A DNA stretch of 63,791 nucleotides, the filler included, from Chiloscyllium plagiosum (Eukaryota): assembly GCF_004010195.1 (NCBI RefSeq). It is 4 parts of one record of this genome, joined end to end, with 100 filler letters (N's around TTAATTAATTAA, not from the genome) between each part and the next. Parts side by side here need not be neighbours in the genome. Positions count along the whole stretch, not along the records: positions 1 to 23,076 come from NC_057713.1; 3 more parts are not named here. One strand, 5' to 3'. The notes under the pieces are model-generated. The model was not told where the DNA came from. It saw only the letters and a list, made by a program, of their open reading frames with translations, and did not search any database. A program made the translations under genes and the position numbers. This document shows, piece after piece, positions 1 through 12,833 of this stretch (the first letter of the stretch is position 1; each line of letters opens with the position of its first letter).

Positions 1-868
1 GATGACACAAAGGTTGGAGGTGTCGTTGACAGTATAGAGGGCTGTTGTAGGCTGCAGTGGGACATTGACAGGATGCAGAGATGTGCTGAGAGGTGGCAGA
101 TGGAGTTCAACCTGGATAAATGTGAGGTGATGCATTTTGGAAGGTCAAATTTGAAAACTGAGTACAGAATTAAGGATAGGATTCTTGGCAGTGTGGAGGA
201 ACAGAGGGATCTTGGTGTGCAGGTACATAGATCCCTTAAAATGGCCAGGGTTGTTAAGAAAGCATATGGTGTTTTGACTTTCATTAACAGGGGGGATTGA
301 GTTAAAGAGTCGTGAGCTCTTGTTGCAGCTCTATAAAACTTTGGTTAGACTGCACTTGGAATACTGCGTCCAGTTCTGGTCGCCCTATTATAAGAAAGAT
401 GTGGATGCTTTGGAGAGGGTTCAGAGGAGGTTTACCAGGATGCTGCCTGGACTGGAGGGCTTATCTTACGAAGAGAGGTTGACTGAGCTCGTACTTTTTT
501 CACTGGAGAAAAGGAGGAGAAGAGGGGACCTAATTGAGGTATACAAGATAATGAGAGGCATAGATAGAGTCGATAGCCAGAGATTATTTCCCAGGGCAGA
601 AATAACTAACACGAGGGGTCTTAGTTTTAAGCTGGTTGGAGGAAAGTGTAGAGGGAATGTCAGAGGCAGGTTCTTTACACAGAGTTGTGGGAGCATGGAA
701 TGCGTTGCCAGCAGCAATTGTGGAGGCAGGGTCATTGGGGACATTTAAGAGACTCCAGGACATGCATATGGTCACAGAAATTTGAGGGTGCGTACATGAG
801 GATCAGTGGTCAGCACAACATCGTGGGCTGAAGGGCCTGTTCTGTGCTGTACTGTTTTATGTTCTATG
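1..868 (+). mobile_element. CR1-clade LINE (HER1-like) 3' fragment, degenerate
   Basis: Begins at RT motif (A)DDTK. ORFs contain WQMEFNLDKCEVMHFG and [20 protein letters not shown]...RGDLIEVYKI, typical of the CR1 ORF2 C-terminus. Ends in GGGCTGAAGGGCCTGTT plus a (TTCTATG)-like tail. Confidence 0.92.
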
Positions 869-1020
869 ACATTATCCTGCCTGCCCTCCCTCTGGTTGGA
901 AACAGAATGCTAATGCTAAGGCAGACAGTGGAATAATGGTAATGCCACTGGTCTTATATGCAGAGGCCCAGCATGAGTTCAAATCTCACTGTGGTGGAGT
1001 TTAAATTCAATCATTTGTAG

Positions 1021-1464
1021 GCGGCACGGTGGCACAGTGGTTAGCACTGCTGCCTCACAGCGCCAGAGAGCCGGGGTTCAATTCCCGCCTCAGGCGACTC
1101 TGTGAATTAAAATTTTCTTTTTCCGGTCTCTTTTGATTCTTGACCCAGCAATGGGCATGCCACCACTGGTCCCTGCTGCCTCACAGCGCCAGAGAGCCGG
1201 GGTTCAATTCCCGCCTCAGGCGACTCTGTGTGGAGTTTGCGCATTCTCCCAGTGTCTGCGTGGGTTTCCTTCGGGTGTTCCGGTTTCCTCCCGCAATCCA
1301 AAAATGTGCAGGTTAGGTGAATTGGCCTGGCTAAATTGACTGTAGTGTTAGGTGAATGGGTAAATGTAGGGGAATGGGTCTGGGTGGTTGCGCTTCGGCC
1401 GGTCGGCATGGACTTGTTGGGCGGAAGGGCCTGTTTCCACACTGTAAGTAATCTAATCTAATCT
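1021..1464 (+). mobile_element. tRNA-derived SINE (HE1-like) with an internal 58-bp duplication
   Basis: A box TGGCACAGTGG, B box GGTTCAATTCC, conserved body, 3' end GAAGGGCCTGTTTCCACACTGT and (ATCTA)n tail. Confidence 0.88.
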
Positions 1465-1659
1465 GAAAAATAAACAACCATGGCAAAGACCATTGACAGG
1501 GCAAATGGGTTCCTGACATGCATGTTTGTCAAGTTAAAATGTTTCCCATGGAGAATACAGGAGTGAACAATGGGAAATTCAGAGTAGATGCTTAAAAATC
1601 TGAAACCGTTTCTATTGAGTGAGATTTAGTAGACTGACACAACTAGGACATTCACACCC

Positions 1660-2170
1660 ATCCTCACTCAGATTTGACGAGTGGACTATCCATATTGGCT
1701 TCTTCCTGAGGTCCTCAACATCACTGACATAAACCTTCAATTTGATTCATTCCACATGATCCCAAGAAATGGCTGAAGCTACTGGATACTGCAAAGGATA
1801 TGACCTTTAAATGCCTTCTGGCAAAAGTACTAAAAAAGTTATGTTCCATCGAACTTACTGGGTCACCAGCTATTTCAGCAACAACACTGGCAACTATCGA
1901 TCAATATGGAAAATAATACAAATAGATCCTGTCCACAAAAACTAGAACATATCCAATCGAATCAATTACCACCCTATAGACCTACTCTCCTTCATGAACA
2001 ATGTGTTGGAAGGAAGTGTCAACAGTGTTGTCAAGCAGCAATAATCTGCATACTGCCATTCAGTTTGGGTTCCACCACGCCCTTTCGGCTCCTGACCTCA
2101 TGATAGTCCCGTTTTAAGTGACAGGTAATGACCATCTCTCTTGGTGTTTAATGACATTACCATGATGAAT
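1660..2170 (+). mobile_element. Old LINE fragment (CR1/L2 group), region just upstream of RT
   Basis: Degenerate KKWLKxLDTAK and NPxNYxPIxLLS-like segments. The same family appears to recur near 38750-39390 and 42440-42760. Confidence 0.55.
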
Positions 2171-3053
2171 CTGCATTTGTGTGTTGGTATCCACAGACCT
2201 TAATTGCTAATGGAGTCTTTCATATCATTTCCAGAAGGTCTTTTGAAAGTTTACTTATGCTATCATGTGCCATTGTAATGTCATCAGACCAGACCTATTC
2301 AGGTCTAACTGAAATATTGTTTCCTCAAAAATATCCAAGGTTAGTCAAGTAAGCATTGATGTTTTATTTTACACAAAGTATTATTAGGATACAGAAAATA
2401 TTACTGTAATGCTATAATGTCAGGCACTATAGCTGGAATGTTTTGAAAAGCTAAATAGTCCTACTGCTGGTACCAAGACTGGGACCCTAACCCTTTAGGC
2501 AGGAGCCAAGGATCTGTGTGGCATTTTACCAATGGTCAATTAAGTGGCCACTGCAAGGGCAATCATCCAAATGAGTATGGCAGCCCATCTCCCAAGGCTG
2601 CCAGAATAATCAAAGATTGAAGTATTTTAGTTTATATTTATCTATCACTGATAGATGTAGCCACTGCTGTTGGTGCAGGCAGGAGAGGTGTTTCCATGCT
2701 AAGCTGTCCTCAAAGGCAAACTTTTTTTTAAACAGTTAACATGTGGGAGTGGGACTGATTGGGATACACCCTGTGGTAACAGTGCCATAGTTCTGGGGGT
2801 GGGGTGGTAGTCAGCACCATCAGGCATTCCTTTCAGAAACCCCAAGGTTTATCTGGTGGTCTCCCTACGTGCTGGTGACCCCTCCCAATGCTGGTGGGGC
2901 AAGAGGTAGCTCTCAATTGAGGATAATAATTGTTTGTGCACCTCCAGTCAGTGAGTGGCCAACTAGCTGATATTCTCCCTCCTGAGAATATACAGGTGAC
3001 AGACAGATGTCCAGCTCTCTTTCTAAAACCTTTTACTGCCATTTTGAGCCCTC

Positions 3054-3132
3054 CTGCCTGACCTGCTGTGCTGTTCCAGCAATAAAGTTTCAGCTTTGAT
3101 CTCCAGCGTCTGCAGACCTCACTTTCTCCTCC
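3054..3132 (+). mobile_element. Penelope-like pLTR 3' fragment, no ribozyme core
   Basis: Nearly identical to 42613-42688, including the tail TCTCCAGC.TCTGCAGACCTCACTTTCTCC. Confidence 0.75.
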
Positions 3133-3257
3133 TGTCTCTTAGCCTTTTTCCAGAGAGCTGATTAAAACTTAATCTTATAGCTTCATTTAAAATGTACCTG
3201 GTTAAACAATTGTAAAGGAAATTGATGAGATAGAGAGAATATCATAGTTACAAAATG

Positions 3258-3571
3258 GCATGATGGCTTAGTGGTTAGCACTGCTGCTTCATGGCGCCAG
3301 GGACCCGGGTTTGATTTCAGCTTCGGGTGATTGTGCAAACTTCACACAGACATTCTCCCCATTCTGCATGAGTTTTCTCCAGTTGCTCTGGTTTCCTCCC
3401 ACAGTCCAAAAATGTGCAGGTCAGGTGAATTGGTCATGCTAAATTGCCCATAGTGTTTGCTGCATTAGTCAGAGGGAAATGGGTCTGGGTGAATACTCTT
3501 CGGAGGGCCGATGTGGACTTGTTGGGCCGAAGGGCCTGTTTCCACATTATATGGAATCTAATCTAATCTAA
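3258..3571 (+). mobile_element. HE1-like SINE
   Basis: Degenerate A and B boxes, shared body, (ATCTA)n tail. Confidence 0.88.
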
Positions 3572-4328
3572 CATAACTTCATCTGAAAATTCTGATTTGT
3601 TACAAGCATAACTGGTTGTTTTGTTTTATTCATGTGATTTGTGGTAATCTTCATGTCTTTTCAGTCCAAAGTTCAGTCTAAATACATATTGGTTCCACAT
3701 CTTCTGAAGTCTCTATATAAGATGAGCATTGTCTGGGTTGAGTCTGTCAATTTTATTTTACTGTTATCAAACTTGTTCTAAAATTATTTGGCACTATTGT
3801 CTTTTTAACACTGTGTGTTTATGCAATATCTCCAACATACCAAAACTTTCCAGGCAGATCACAGGAATATTTTCAGACAAAATTTGGCACTAGGTGTTCA
3901 TATTAGAATTAGTATTAGTATCTTGGTTCAGAAAAGGGGACCAGAGCTTGGTTTTGAATGAAACATTGAAAGATGAGAAAACAGTTGAAATGTGGAGAGG
4001 TTGAGGAGAAACTTCCAGGGTTCTGGCCTGGACAACTGACAGCAATGTTGCTAATGCTGGGATAAAAGACGTCTGATGAGGGGAAAAAAAAGCTTTTCTT
4101 TCAGATATCCTCCATGTGATTACTTGGCTGAGCTCCAAGAATAAGCTACTCCACTTGGATCTCAACAAGCAACAGTTGCACAGTGGTAGGGAGGGAAAAC
4201 TTTGTATAATTGCCATATCTATTACCTTATAGTAAATGCTATTTCTTCTCTCAGCCTGTGTGTTTACTTAGACATGATTTAAGTGGTTTGTAGTCAATAA
4301 AAACTTCTGACAAATATTGTCAATTGCT

Positions 4329-5125
4329 ATAACAAAAACAGAAATTGATGGGAAACTGAGCAGGTGTATAGAGACTCAACTTATGTGGAGAGACAGCAGA
4401 ATTTACATTTTGGGTCCAGTGACCCTTCTTCAGAACTTACTGTAACTAAAAAAAAAAGAGGTGGGAGAAGGGGGACGGAGTAAACAATAGGTAGAGATGG
4501 AGCCTATAATGGGCAGACAAATGATTTTGGTAAAGGTCAGCCTGGGAGAATTGATAAGGGAGAGGGTGTTCAAACCCTAAAGTTGTTGAACTGGATATTG
4601 AGTCTAAAAGACTGCAGGATTCCCCAGTGGAAAGTGAAGTGTTGTTCTTCTACTTTGTGCTGAGCTTTTTTGGAACACTGCAGGAGGTGGTGTGTTAAAA
4701 TGGCAGGCGACCAGAACGTAATGGTCATTTGTGCGGACAGATTGTAGACGTTCTACAAAGCAGTTGTCTAGTCTGCGCTTCATCCCCAAAAAATGGAGGC
4801 TGCATTGTGAGCAGTGAATACAGTAGACTAGATTGAGTGAATTGCAGGTAAATCTTCACCTAGAAGGTGTGCCTGAAAGTATTAAGAGGGAGAAAGTAAA
4901 TGGGCAGGTGTTACACCTTCTATGATTGCATGAATGCTATGGGAGTGTAGGAGGAGTGCACCAAGGTGACCAGGAGGGAACAGTTCCCATGGAAGGCTGA
5001 CAAGGGAGGGAAGGCCCGAAGATGGCATCTTGGCAGAGGTGGTGGAAATGGCAGTTGATGATCTTTTGGATGTGGATGCTGTTAGGGTGGTAGTTAAGTA
5101 CAAAAGTTCTGTAATGCTGCAATGG
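4329..5125 (-). mobile_element. Penelope-like element remnant: GIY-YIG endonuclease plus 3' pLTR with degenerate hammerhead
   Basis: Minus-strand translation gives FVLNYHPNSIHIQKII, NLVYCIHCSQCSLH, and GMKRRLDNCFVERLQSVR...VACHFN, resembling a GIY-YIG domain. It is followed by CTGAAGA-A-GGGTC-ACTG-GACCC-AAAA at 4433-4408. Confidence 0.8.
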
Positions 5126-6042
5126 GAGGGGAGAGAATGTGAATAGCTATGGTTGATTGATAGCCGTGAAAATATAAGGCTAATATATTTTAATAAGAAT
5201 GTTAATTAAATATTTTTGTCTGGCTCTCCACTTGAACTAGACGTTCCTTTGTGCTTCTGAAAGGCTGTAAAACATGTTTCTTTGCAAAGGTCCTAAAATT
5301 GTGTAGCTGCATAAATATTCCTTCAAAGCAGCCAACAAGGGCAGGTGTGCTGTAATGTGGGCTGCTATTCACACTCATCTCTCATGACAGCAAAAGTTTT
5401 GGAAACTGGAATGAGGGTGAGAATTCAGAAACAAGTTTTGTTTCCCAAATGATTGACAAATATTCAGGCCAAGGACTGACAAGCTCAATGAAGAATTTCC
5501 ACACAAAAGTTTGAATCTTATATGTTGGGCCAGTTCTGGTTCAATGAAGACCAAGGAGACACACTAGGGTACAAGGAAAAAATAATTTAATGCGTGTGTG
5601 GATACCTAAGTGTTATGAAGGGTTATGGAAGGTCAGTTTGCATGAAGAAGATGGAAGTAGAACATACAGTGTAACAGAAAAGATATTGTTGTATATTTGT
5701 ATAGGTATGTTGATTTGAGTCCAATCATGCGATGTAATAAAGATGTAATTGGTCATTTTGGGTGGAAAACAGCTTACCTTGCTGCCTGTAATGTAAATAG
5801 CTCTAGTATAAAGCTTCTGCTGTTTAAAATTTCAGCCTCCTGGTCCTCCTTGTAAATTGATGGATATGGGCTCAGCTCACTGTCAATTGGAAAATCAAGG
5901 TGTGAAAAGTCTGGTCCAAGAATGTTTACAAAGCATTCTTCCAAGAACTTTAGTTTCTAATTAAGTTCCCCAATGCATGTTTAACTTAAGGTTTGGAACT
6001 TCCTTCCCTGTGAAGATCCGTCTGCTTGGTGCATTGTCCTTT

Positions 6043-6285
6043 AAAGTCAAAAAGTGTGGCACTGGAAAAGCACAGGCAACATTCGGGTAGCAGGAGAGTT
6101 GACGTTCTGGGCATAAGCCCTTCATCAGGAATGAGGAGGGGCAAGGGAGCTGAGAGATAAATGGGGGGTGGGGGTGGGAATGGGGCTGGGGGTGAAGATG
6201 GGTGTGATAGGTTGGTGAGGAAGGTGAAGTAGAAAATTGGATAGGAAGATCGATAGTTGGGACTGGTCAAGTGGGTGATGCTGAG
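6043..6285 (-). mobile_element. Penelope-like 3' end/pLTR fragment with degenerate hammerhead
   Basis: Minus strand reads ATTCCTGATGAAGGGCTTATGCCCAGAACGTC, followed by the downstream sequence seen in the other copies. Confidence 0.75.
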
Positions 6286-8340
6286 TACTTTAGTACAAGA
6301 GAACTTTTCATGCCAGGAGAATCCCCAGTAACTCCATAGATTATTAAAGAAATTATTCAGATATTTAATTCTTAAGCAAAAACAAATGTCTCAATCAGCT
6401 GGTTCAAACATCATTCCAAGACTTCAACAAAAAATGAGGAGAAAGTGTCTGTTGCATTGTTGAAATTTCTGTCATTTGAAAGAAAATGTAAAACTACACC
6501 TTTATCTATCTGTTCAAATTGGTTGTGGAAATCCTGTGTACTTTTAAATGAGGTTCTCTTATTTTCCTATGACTGTCCTCGATCAATTCCACAGTCAACC
6601 CTAACTCTTTCGTGATCCATCTAGGAAATTACTGAATGCTCATTTCCACTGCTCTTGAAGTTGTCGTGCAAGTTAAAGGTTTAATCAAATTGCTCACAGT
6701 CCCAACTTCCCTGCCTCATGAACTCTGGTTAACACAAATCACTGACTACGTTTCCACAATGAATAAGAAACTAAAATTTATGATTGATCAATCAGTTCTA
6801 ACCACAGGCAAACAAAATATGAATTATCAACATGTAATTCTTCTAAAATTAAACTCCATGCCTCCTCAAACCTTTAAAATAGATGCAGTGAGTGAAGAAA
6901 AAACAAATTAGGCGAACACAGTTTAATAGCATCAGTCTACAGGATTAAATGAGGCATCTTCTTGCTTCTTACAAGTCATTCTGATCTCTCATATTCTTTG
7001 TAAGTCTTTTCAGTTCTTTGCTGCAGACACATGGCTGTTGGCACAATAACTGTTCAATGTCAACTGGTTGGAGTGGCATCTAGACAAATAGTGAGTGAGG
7101 ATAATTAATATCTTCCAATTTTTTTGTTCAATATTATTTTGTTAGATAGTTCTTTGCAAGGAAAGAGAGACGATGTTGTCTTTCTCAGAGTATTTCTCTG
7201 CCATTGTATTGTTTACGCACAGGATCCTTGGCATTTAGATATTTAAAATTCCTAGTGCTTTCTTGTGAGCAGCTTAAAATCGACACTCACTAAGAAATCA
7301 AAAGGAGTAAGTGGCTGGCTTTATTTTAACTGCTCTATGCCCCATTTTTGCTAGCTAAGGGAATTAAAGTCAGGGCCCCAGTCTTGCATACATTGCAATG
7401 CAATTATTCAATCATTATAATTGCAAACAGAAATGCTTGGCGGGCAGAGAAAAGATACAAATAATGATTTTACTTGCTAACAGTCAAAGCAAGTTTTATT
7501 CACTTTGCTGAATCGCTTGTCCTCAAACATGGAAAAAGAAATGAACCACATGTTTTTTGCTCATTTGTTAATTTTTGGCATTAACTTTCTTTTATAGTGC
7601 TATTAACTGTCTTGAATCACTTGTCTTTTTATTTCCAGTCCAGGATTGTTTGCCAGGGTTGTTATTAAAACCATTCTGTTCAAGTTGACCTTTGTGCCTC
7701 CAACAGCAAGAGTGTGATGTCGATTTCCTCCCTGTAATGATTTTCCGGTTGGTCTGTTAATAAAACTCCAACCTCTCTTCCTTAGTTGGGCTGTGATTTA
7801 CAAAATGGTAATATTAAAGGGTCTGGAATGAGATTGTTGACCATTATTGCTTCAAATTGAAGGAGGCAGTGAGCTACAATTTTTAACAAGTTGAAATATA
7901 TCTCATTTCAATAGATATCTTCAAAGCTTGCTGCCTGTGACTTGCCCATTTTAAGTGTGAAAATTCAAGACATTGTGTTTAGATACTAATATTTTCCAAT
8001 ATCCCTTCTGTGCAAAAACATCAAATTCCAAATGAAAAAACATAGAAGGAAGACAGAAAGGAAATGATCTACTGAATGATCTAACCTGCTCTGCATGGTT
8101 CTAATAACTTTTGCTGCAAAATTTACACATTCTCCACTCACGCTAGCCAGGCTTTCTTTTTAAAAAAAAAAATTCTTATGGGGAAAAATATATAAACATC
8201 AAGCAATTGACATTTATGCAGGAGAGAATATTGGCATGACTTATATTACTTACACGTTGTATGAGCTGATCTCCATCCCTCCAGCCAGATGTAAAAGGTC
8301 CAGCACTTGCTAAAGGAATGTAAAAGCACAGCATTGACTC

Positions 8341-8470
8341 CAGTTCTGAAGAAGATTCATGCTGGACTTGAAACTTTAACTCTTTTTCCTGTCCACAGAT
8401 GCTACCAGACCTTTGTGTTTCTCAAACATTCTGTTTCAGATTTCCACTATCCACAATATTTTGTTTTATT
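8341..8470 (+). mobile_element. Old Penelope-like pLTR fragment with degenerate hammerhead
   Basis: CTGAAGA (8346-8352), imperfect stem, GAAA (8370-8373), then a CCACAGATGCT.CCAGACC...CATT segment resembling the other copies. Confidence 0.6.
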
Positions 8471-9589
8471 ACAGCATTGACTTTGAGCTGCCACATTTTT
8501 CCATGAGATCACTATCCTCTAGGACAAAAGTAAGGCTGTCCATAGATTCTACAGCTATATGGTGCTATTCCCTTTGCACTACATACCAAGTCTGGCCACA
8601 TCAGTGGAAAGCCTAGAATGTTTTTTAATTAAATGCCAATTCACAAGCATAAAGGCTTAAAAAGGGAAAATAATTATCCTGGATATATCTTATTATCTAA
8701 GTATTGATTTCTTCATTGTTAAATATATTTTAAATTTGATTAATGTGCTACTAATTGAAACATTGAACAGGGAAGTGATAGATTTTACAGACTCTCCAAA
8801 AACAGTAAGGTAAGTTAATTCGTTGGGATGCAAAAAATTGATTTTCCGACAGCAAAGATGAAATACGAAGATAAATTCAGCAGCACATTGTGTTGAGCAT
8901 TGTGCAGTCTGTGGTAGGTTAATAATTGTAATGCATTGTGTATGTTGTGATATGCTTGATATGAAATAGTTTTTAATAAAGTCATACCCGTGGGATAAAG
9001 TCAGCAGTGTAGAAGAATCGCATGACACCCAGTTCATAACCAGGTAAAAGTGATCTGCACTAGTTGACTTTTGTGCAGTTGTGTGTAAGTTAAATGGTTT
9101 TCCTTGTTTAATTCCAAGGCACATGGGAGGTGAGCAAGAGAACTGAGTCTTTTTAGAGGCTTAGGGTCAGGAAGGATAAATCGATGGTGAGAGGAGATTG
9201 TGGAGTGGGTGTAGAGGAGTGAAAGAAGCTTCCAGAGGATGGCAGAAAGTACAGTCAGAGGCCTGAAACAGTGAGGTAAGAATGGCATATCATCATGGGT
9301 GTGGTAGTGTGGGGGAAGAAGTGTGTGAAGTAGTAGGGGGGCATATCAGTGAAGGTTAGAAAATTTAACGCTTAGTGGTGGGGCAGTGCTATCCACATAT
9401 GTGTCCATGTAAGAGTCCATTCAGGGATGTGAATTCACCTATAACATTTCAATTGTCCTACCCATGCATGATCTTGGACAGTAGACTTTACATTGCATTA
9501 ACAGAAGGGTTAGCTGTCCCGCAGAGTGGCAAATACCACACCAGACACTTGATAAAAATTTAGTGTAACTAAAAAGCACAACATTGTTT

Positions 9590-9920
9590 CATCTAAGGGG
9601 CATGAATAGGGTGAATAGCCGAGGTCTTTTTTCCCCCGGGATAGGGGAGTCCAAAACTAGAGGGGAAGATTTAAAAGGGACCAAAAGGGCAACTTTTTCA
9701 CACAGAGGGTGGTGGGTATATGGAATGAGCTGCCAGAGGAAGTGGTGGAGGCTGGTACAATGATAACATTCAAAAGGCATCTGGATAGGTAAATGAAGGC
9801 TTTGGAGGGATATGGGCCAAGTGCTGGCAAATGGAACTAGATTAATTTAGGATATCTGATCAGCATGGACGAGTTTGACCGAAGGTCTTGTTTCCATGCT
9901 GTACAACTCTATTACTCTAC
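9590..9920 (+). mobile_element. CR1 LINE 3' end fragment
   Basis: Encodes FFTQRVVGIWNELPEEVV; has the CR1 3' UTR and an (ACTCT)-like tail. Confidence 0.85.
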
Positions 9921-10661
9921 CTACAATAAAGCAAATGTCCTAACTTTTCTGCAAACATCCATATGTGCCAGTATGTCCAACACGCTGACTAAGCCATTCT
10001 CAATAAATAATGATAAACATGTGAAATGAAACCAATTTAATTTGAAATATTTACAAGTAAATTTAATTTTGAAAGTCAACCACACCACTTTAACACTCTC
10101 AAGAGTAGGCCACTCAACCCCGACTGCTTGCCCTGTCATTTGATAGAATTATGGTTTATCTGATTGTGGCCTCAACTCCACTTTCCTGTCCACCTGCTAA
10201 AACAAGCTTGTCTAACAGGTGGCTCTTAGGTGGCCTAACATTCTACAGAGCCTACAACCTGTGGTGTAAGTACATGTGGAAGATTTTGGTTGCTCCTGCA
10301 ATCAAGCCACTTATCTGCCACCCCTGCTGCTGATAGACTCAGACTCAGAGGAGAAATTTTAAAATAATTGCAACTGGTAAACCTTTGGTTCCTCACATTT
10401 TTGAGTAAAGTGTTTTTAAGATAGAAACCTGGGTAACATTGGTTTTGGGCACTTGGGGCCTAGTAGCTTATTTAACTTCAATTTGATTTTGTTTTTCCTT
10501 GGAGTTTCGTGACTGACCAAAGTCTATATCATCTGCAAAGTGTTTGTAGAAGAGTGATAGTAAACCTTTTACGATCATTGTTGATTACATTGCAATTTGT
10601 AGGGAGCACAGGAATTAGGTCTGTAGAATTCTAACAATGCATTGTTTTTTTTTCAGAAAAT

Positions 10662-10781
10662 ATGGGATGTATAAAGTCAAAGAACTTCACTGAAGAGCCA
10701 AAAGAATTGAAGGAAAAACCAGTACGTAAATCTGAACCAACTATTTATGTGCAAGATCCCACATCCAATACACAAGTGCCA
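10662..10781 (+). CDS. LYN: LYN first coding exon (SH4/unique domain)
   Basis: Acceptor TTTTTCAG|AAAATATG puts the exon start at 10657. Encodes MGCIKSKNFTEEPKELKEKPVRKSEPTIYVQDPTSNTQVP. Donor A|GTAAGT, phase 0. MGCIKSK and TIYVxDPTSN match LYN rather than HCK; G2/C3 acylation motif present. Confidence 0.95.
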
Positions 10782-11120
10782 GTAAGTAGTGAAATGAAGG
10801 AAAATCCTCATGGCACAAAGCTGGATACATACATAATATCTATTAAAAATCCATGTCCTACTTACAATTCTATGATCTTAAACTCCAGATTTGTCAGAGT
10901 TACTTTATTTACCATTCAACCTTTCATCACCAGTAGCTATCATTGTATTTTACTTTAAATAAATATCATGAACATCAAATTAAACAGTCAGTCTACATCT
11001 TAAAATATTCCTCTCCTCAAAGCTCTCTAATGCTCTCAGCTCTTTCTCTATTTTCTTTCATGTCTTTCTCTACGTTCATCATATCCATAACACTTTGTTC
11101 TGCTACCTTTACTAACTTTG

Positions 11121-11425
11121 GGTGGCACGGTGGCTCAGTGGCTAGCACTGCTGCCTCACAGCGCCAGGAACCTGGGTTCAATTCCCACCTCGGGCAATTG
11201 TTTGTGTGGAGTTTGCACATTCTCCCCGTGTCTGCGTGGGTTTCCTCCCACAGTCCAAAGATGTGCAGGTTAGGTGAATTAGCCATGCTAAATTGCCCGT
11301 AGTGTTAGGTGCATTAGTCAGGGGTGAATGTCGGGGAATAGATCTGGGTGGGTTGCTCTTCGGAGAGCCGGTGTGGACTTGTTTGGCCAAAGGGTCTGTT
11401 TCCACACTAGGGGAATCTAATCTAA
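11121..11425 (+). mobile_element. HE1-like SINE
   Basis: A box TGGCTCAGTGG, B box GGTTCAATTCC, ATCTA tail. Confidence 0.9.
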
Positions 11426-12579
11426 CGGTTACTTAGAGATGATTCCGTCCTTGGATTTTGAAACTCCCATTCTCCCTCCTTGATATTATCTAATCAAATC
11501 TCAATCCATCTGCTTTTGCAAGTTAACTTCCATCTCTGACCTCCATTTTCGTCTCCCAAATAACTTTACCAAATTGTCATCTTATGTATGACTCCACGTT
11601 TGAAATGTTTCAATCTGCTTTCTATCTCTGTCTCAATTATGATACTGCCCTAAGCTCATTATAAATCACACCTTCTGTGACTGAGCATGAAGCACCATCT
11701 CCCCTTTACTTTTCTGCAGTCTTTGGAACAATTGACAACAGCAATGTCCTCCAGCATTTGACTTGGGGATTGTTTTTCTTTGTTACTTGGTTTCTCTTTT
11801 CCCTAACTAATAATGAAACAGAAGTAGGTTATTCAATCTCTTGAGCTTGTTCTAAAATTTAGTTCAATCATGGTTGAGCTATTCATTCATGTCTATTTAA
11901 CTGCCTTAACTCCATGTCCTTGAAGCCTTCGTGCAACTGAAGTTCATTGCTCTCTAAAAATACTTAAGCATCTATAGACTTTTGCTGGGCAATTCTCGAT
12001 TTCTACTATTCTTAATATAAAAATAGCTTCCTGATTTCTATCCTGAAAGAAATGGTTGAATTTTAAAATTATGTTCCAGTGGTTTCGATTCTTTAAGCAG
12101 AAGAAATTGTTTCTCTATATTTACCCCATCAAATCCCTTTTAACATTTTAATCATTTCAGTTAGAGACTATCTTCCATAGTCAAGGAAATACCAACTATG
12201 TGTATGCAACAAGTCCTGAACCTAAGTCACTGTATCATTCTAGTGAATCTGTACTGGACCTTGTTCAAGGACGAAATGTTCTTCCTGAGCTGTATTGTCA
12301 AAATTGTATTACGATAGGAAATGACGAAGACAAAGTACAACTGAATTACAATATTGAATATGGTTACGCCTGTGCATCTGCTGTTGTGCTCCTATGTTTT
12401 TAATGGTAACTAGAGAAGTGCGTAGATGGTAACTCGCAATGTATTGAAATAAAGCTAATTAATTTTTATGTTTTAAATTGATGTAGCGCAGGATCAGGAA
12501 GGTGGTTATATAAGTTGAGATTATGATGTATATTTTTATATTTACATTATTGAGTACTGAAATATGAACCTTGTTTCAG

Positions 12580-12634
12580 AGTTCAAACCAGGATTCTCAT
12601 CTATTACCTGGCCAGAAGTTTCAGAAATTTGAAG
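12580..12634 (+). CDS. LYN: LYN coding exon 2 (unique domain)
   Basis: TTGTTTCAG| SSNQDSHLLPGQKFQKFE-G |GTAACT. Matches human ESQLLPGQRFQ. Phase 0 to 1. Not in the ORF track. Confidence 0.9.
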
Positions 12635-12704
12635 GTAACTTACAACGAGCTGAGAATAATTCGAAAACCTCATTCATTCTGTTTTGATTTTGCACTCAAA
12701 TTAA

Positions 12705-12833
<129 letters not shown>

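Noticed and set aside
1021..1095. tRNA gene-like A and B boxes
   Set aside because: These are SINE heads: no cloverleaf, and always followed by the SINE body.
5520..6040. Possible solo LTR (TGTTGGG start, CCAAT and TATAAA motifs)
   Set aside because: No definable 3' end, TSD or second copy in the window.
6400..10650. LYN promoter or non-coding first exon
   Set aside because: No CpG island or convincing exon; isolated RUNX/IRF-like words near 7530-7550 are not enough.
10782..10958. ORF-track extension of the first LYN exon
   Set aside because: Read-through past the GTAAGT donor into the intron. Similar extensions occur at 32191, 36568 and 43234 (the last in the wrong frame).
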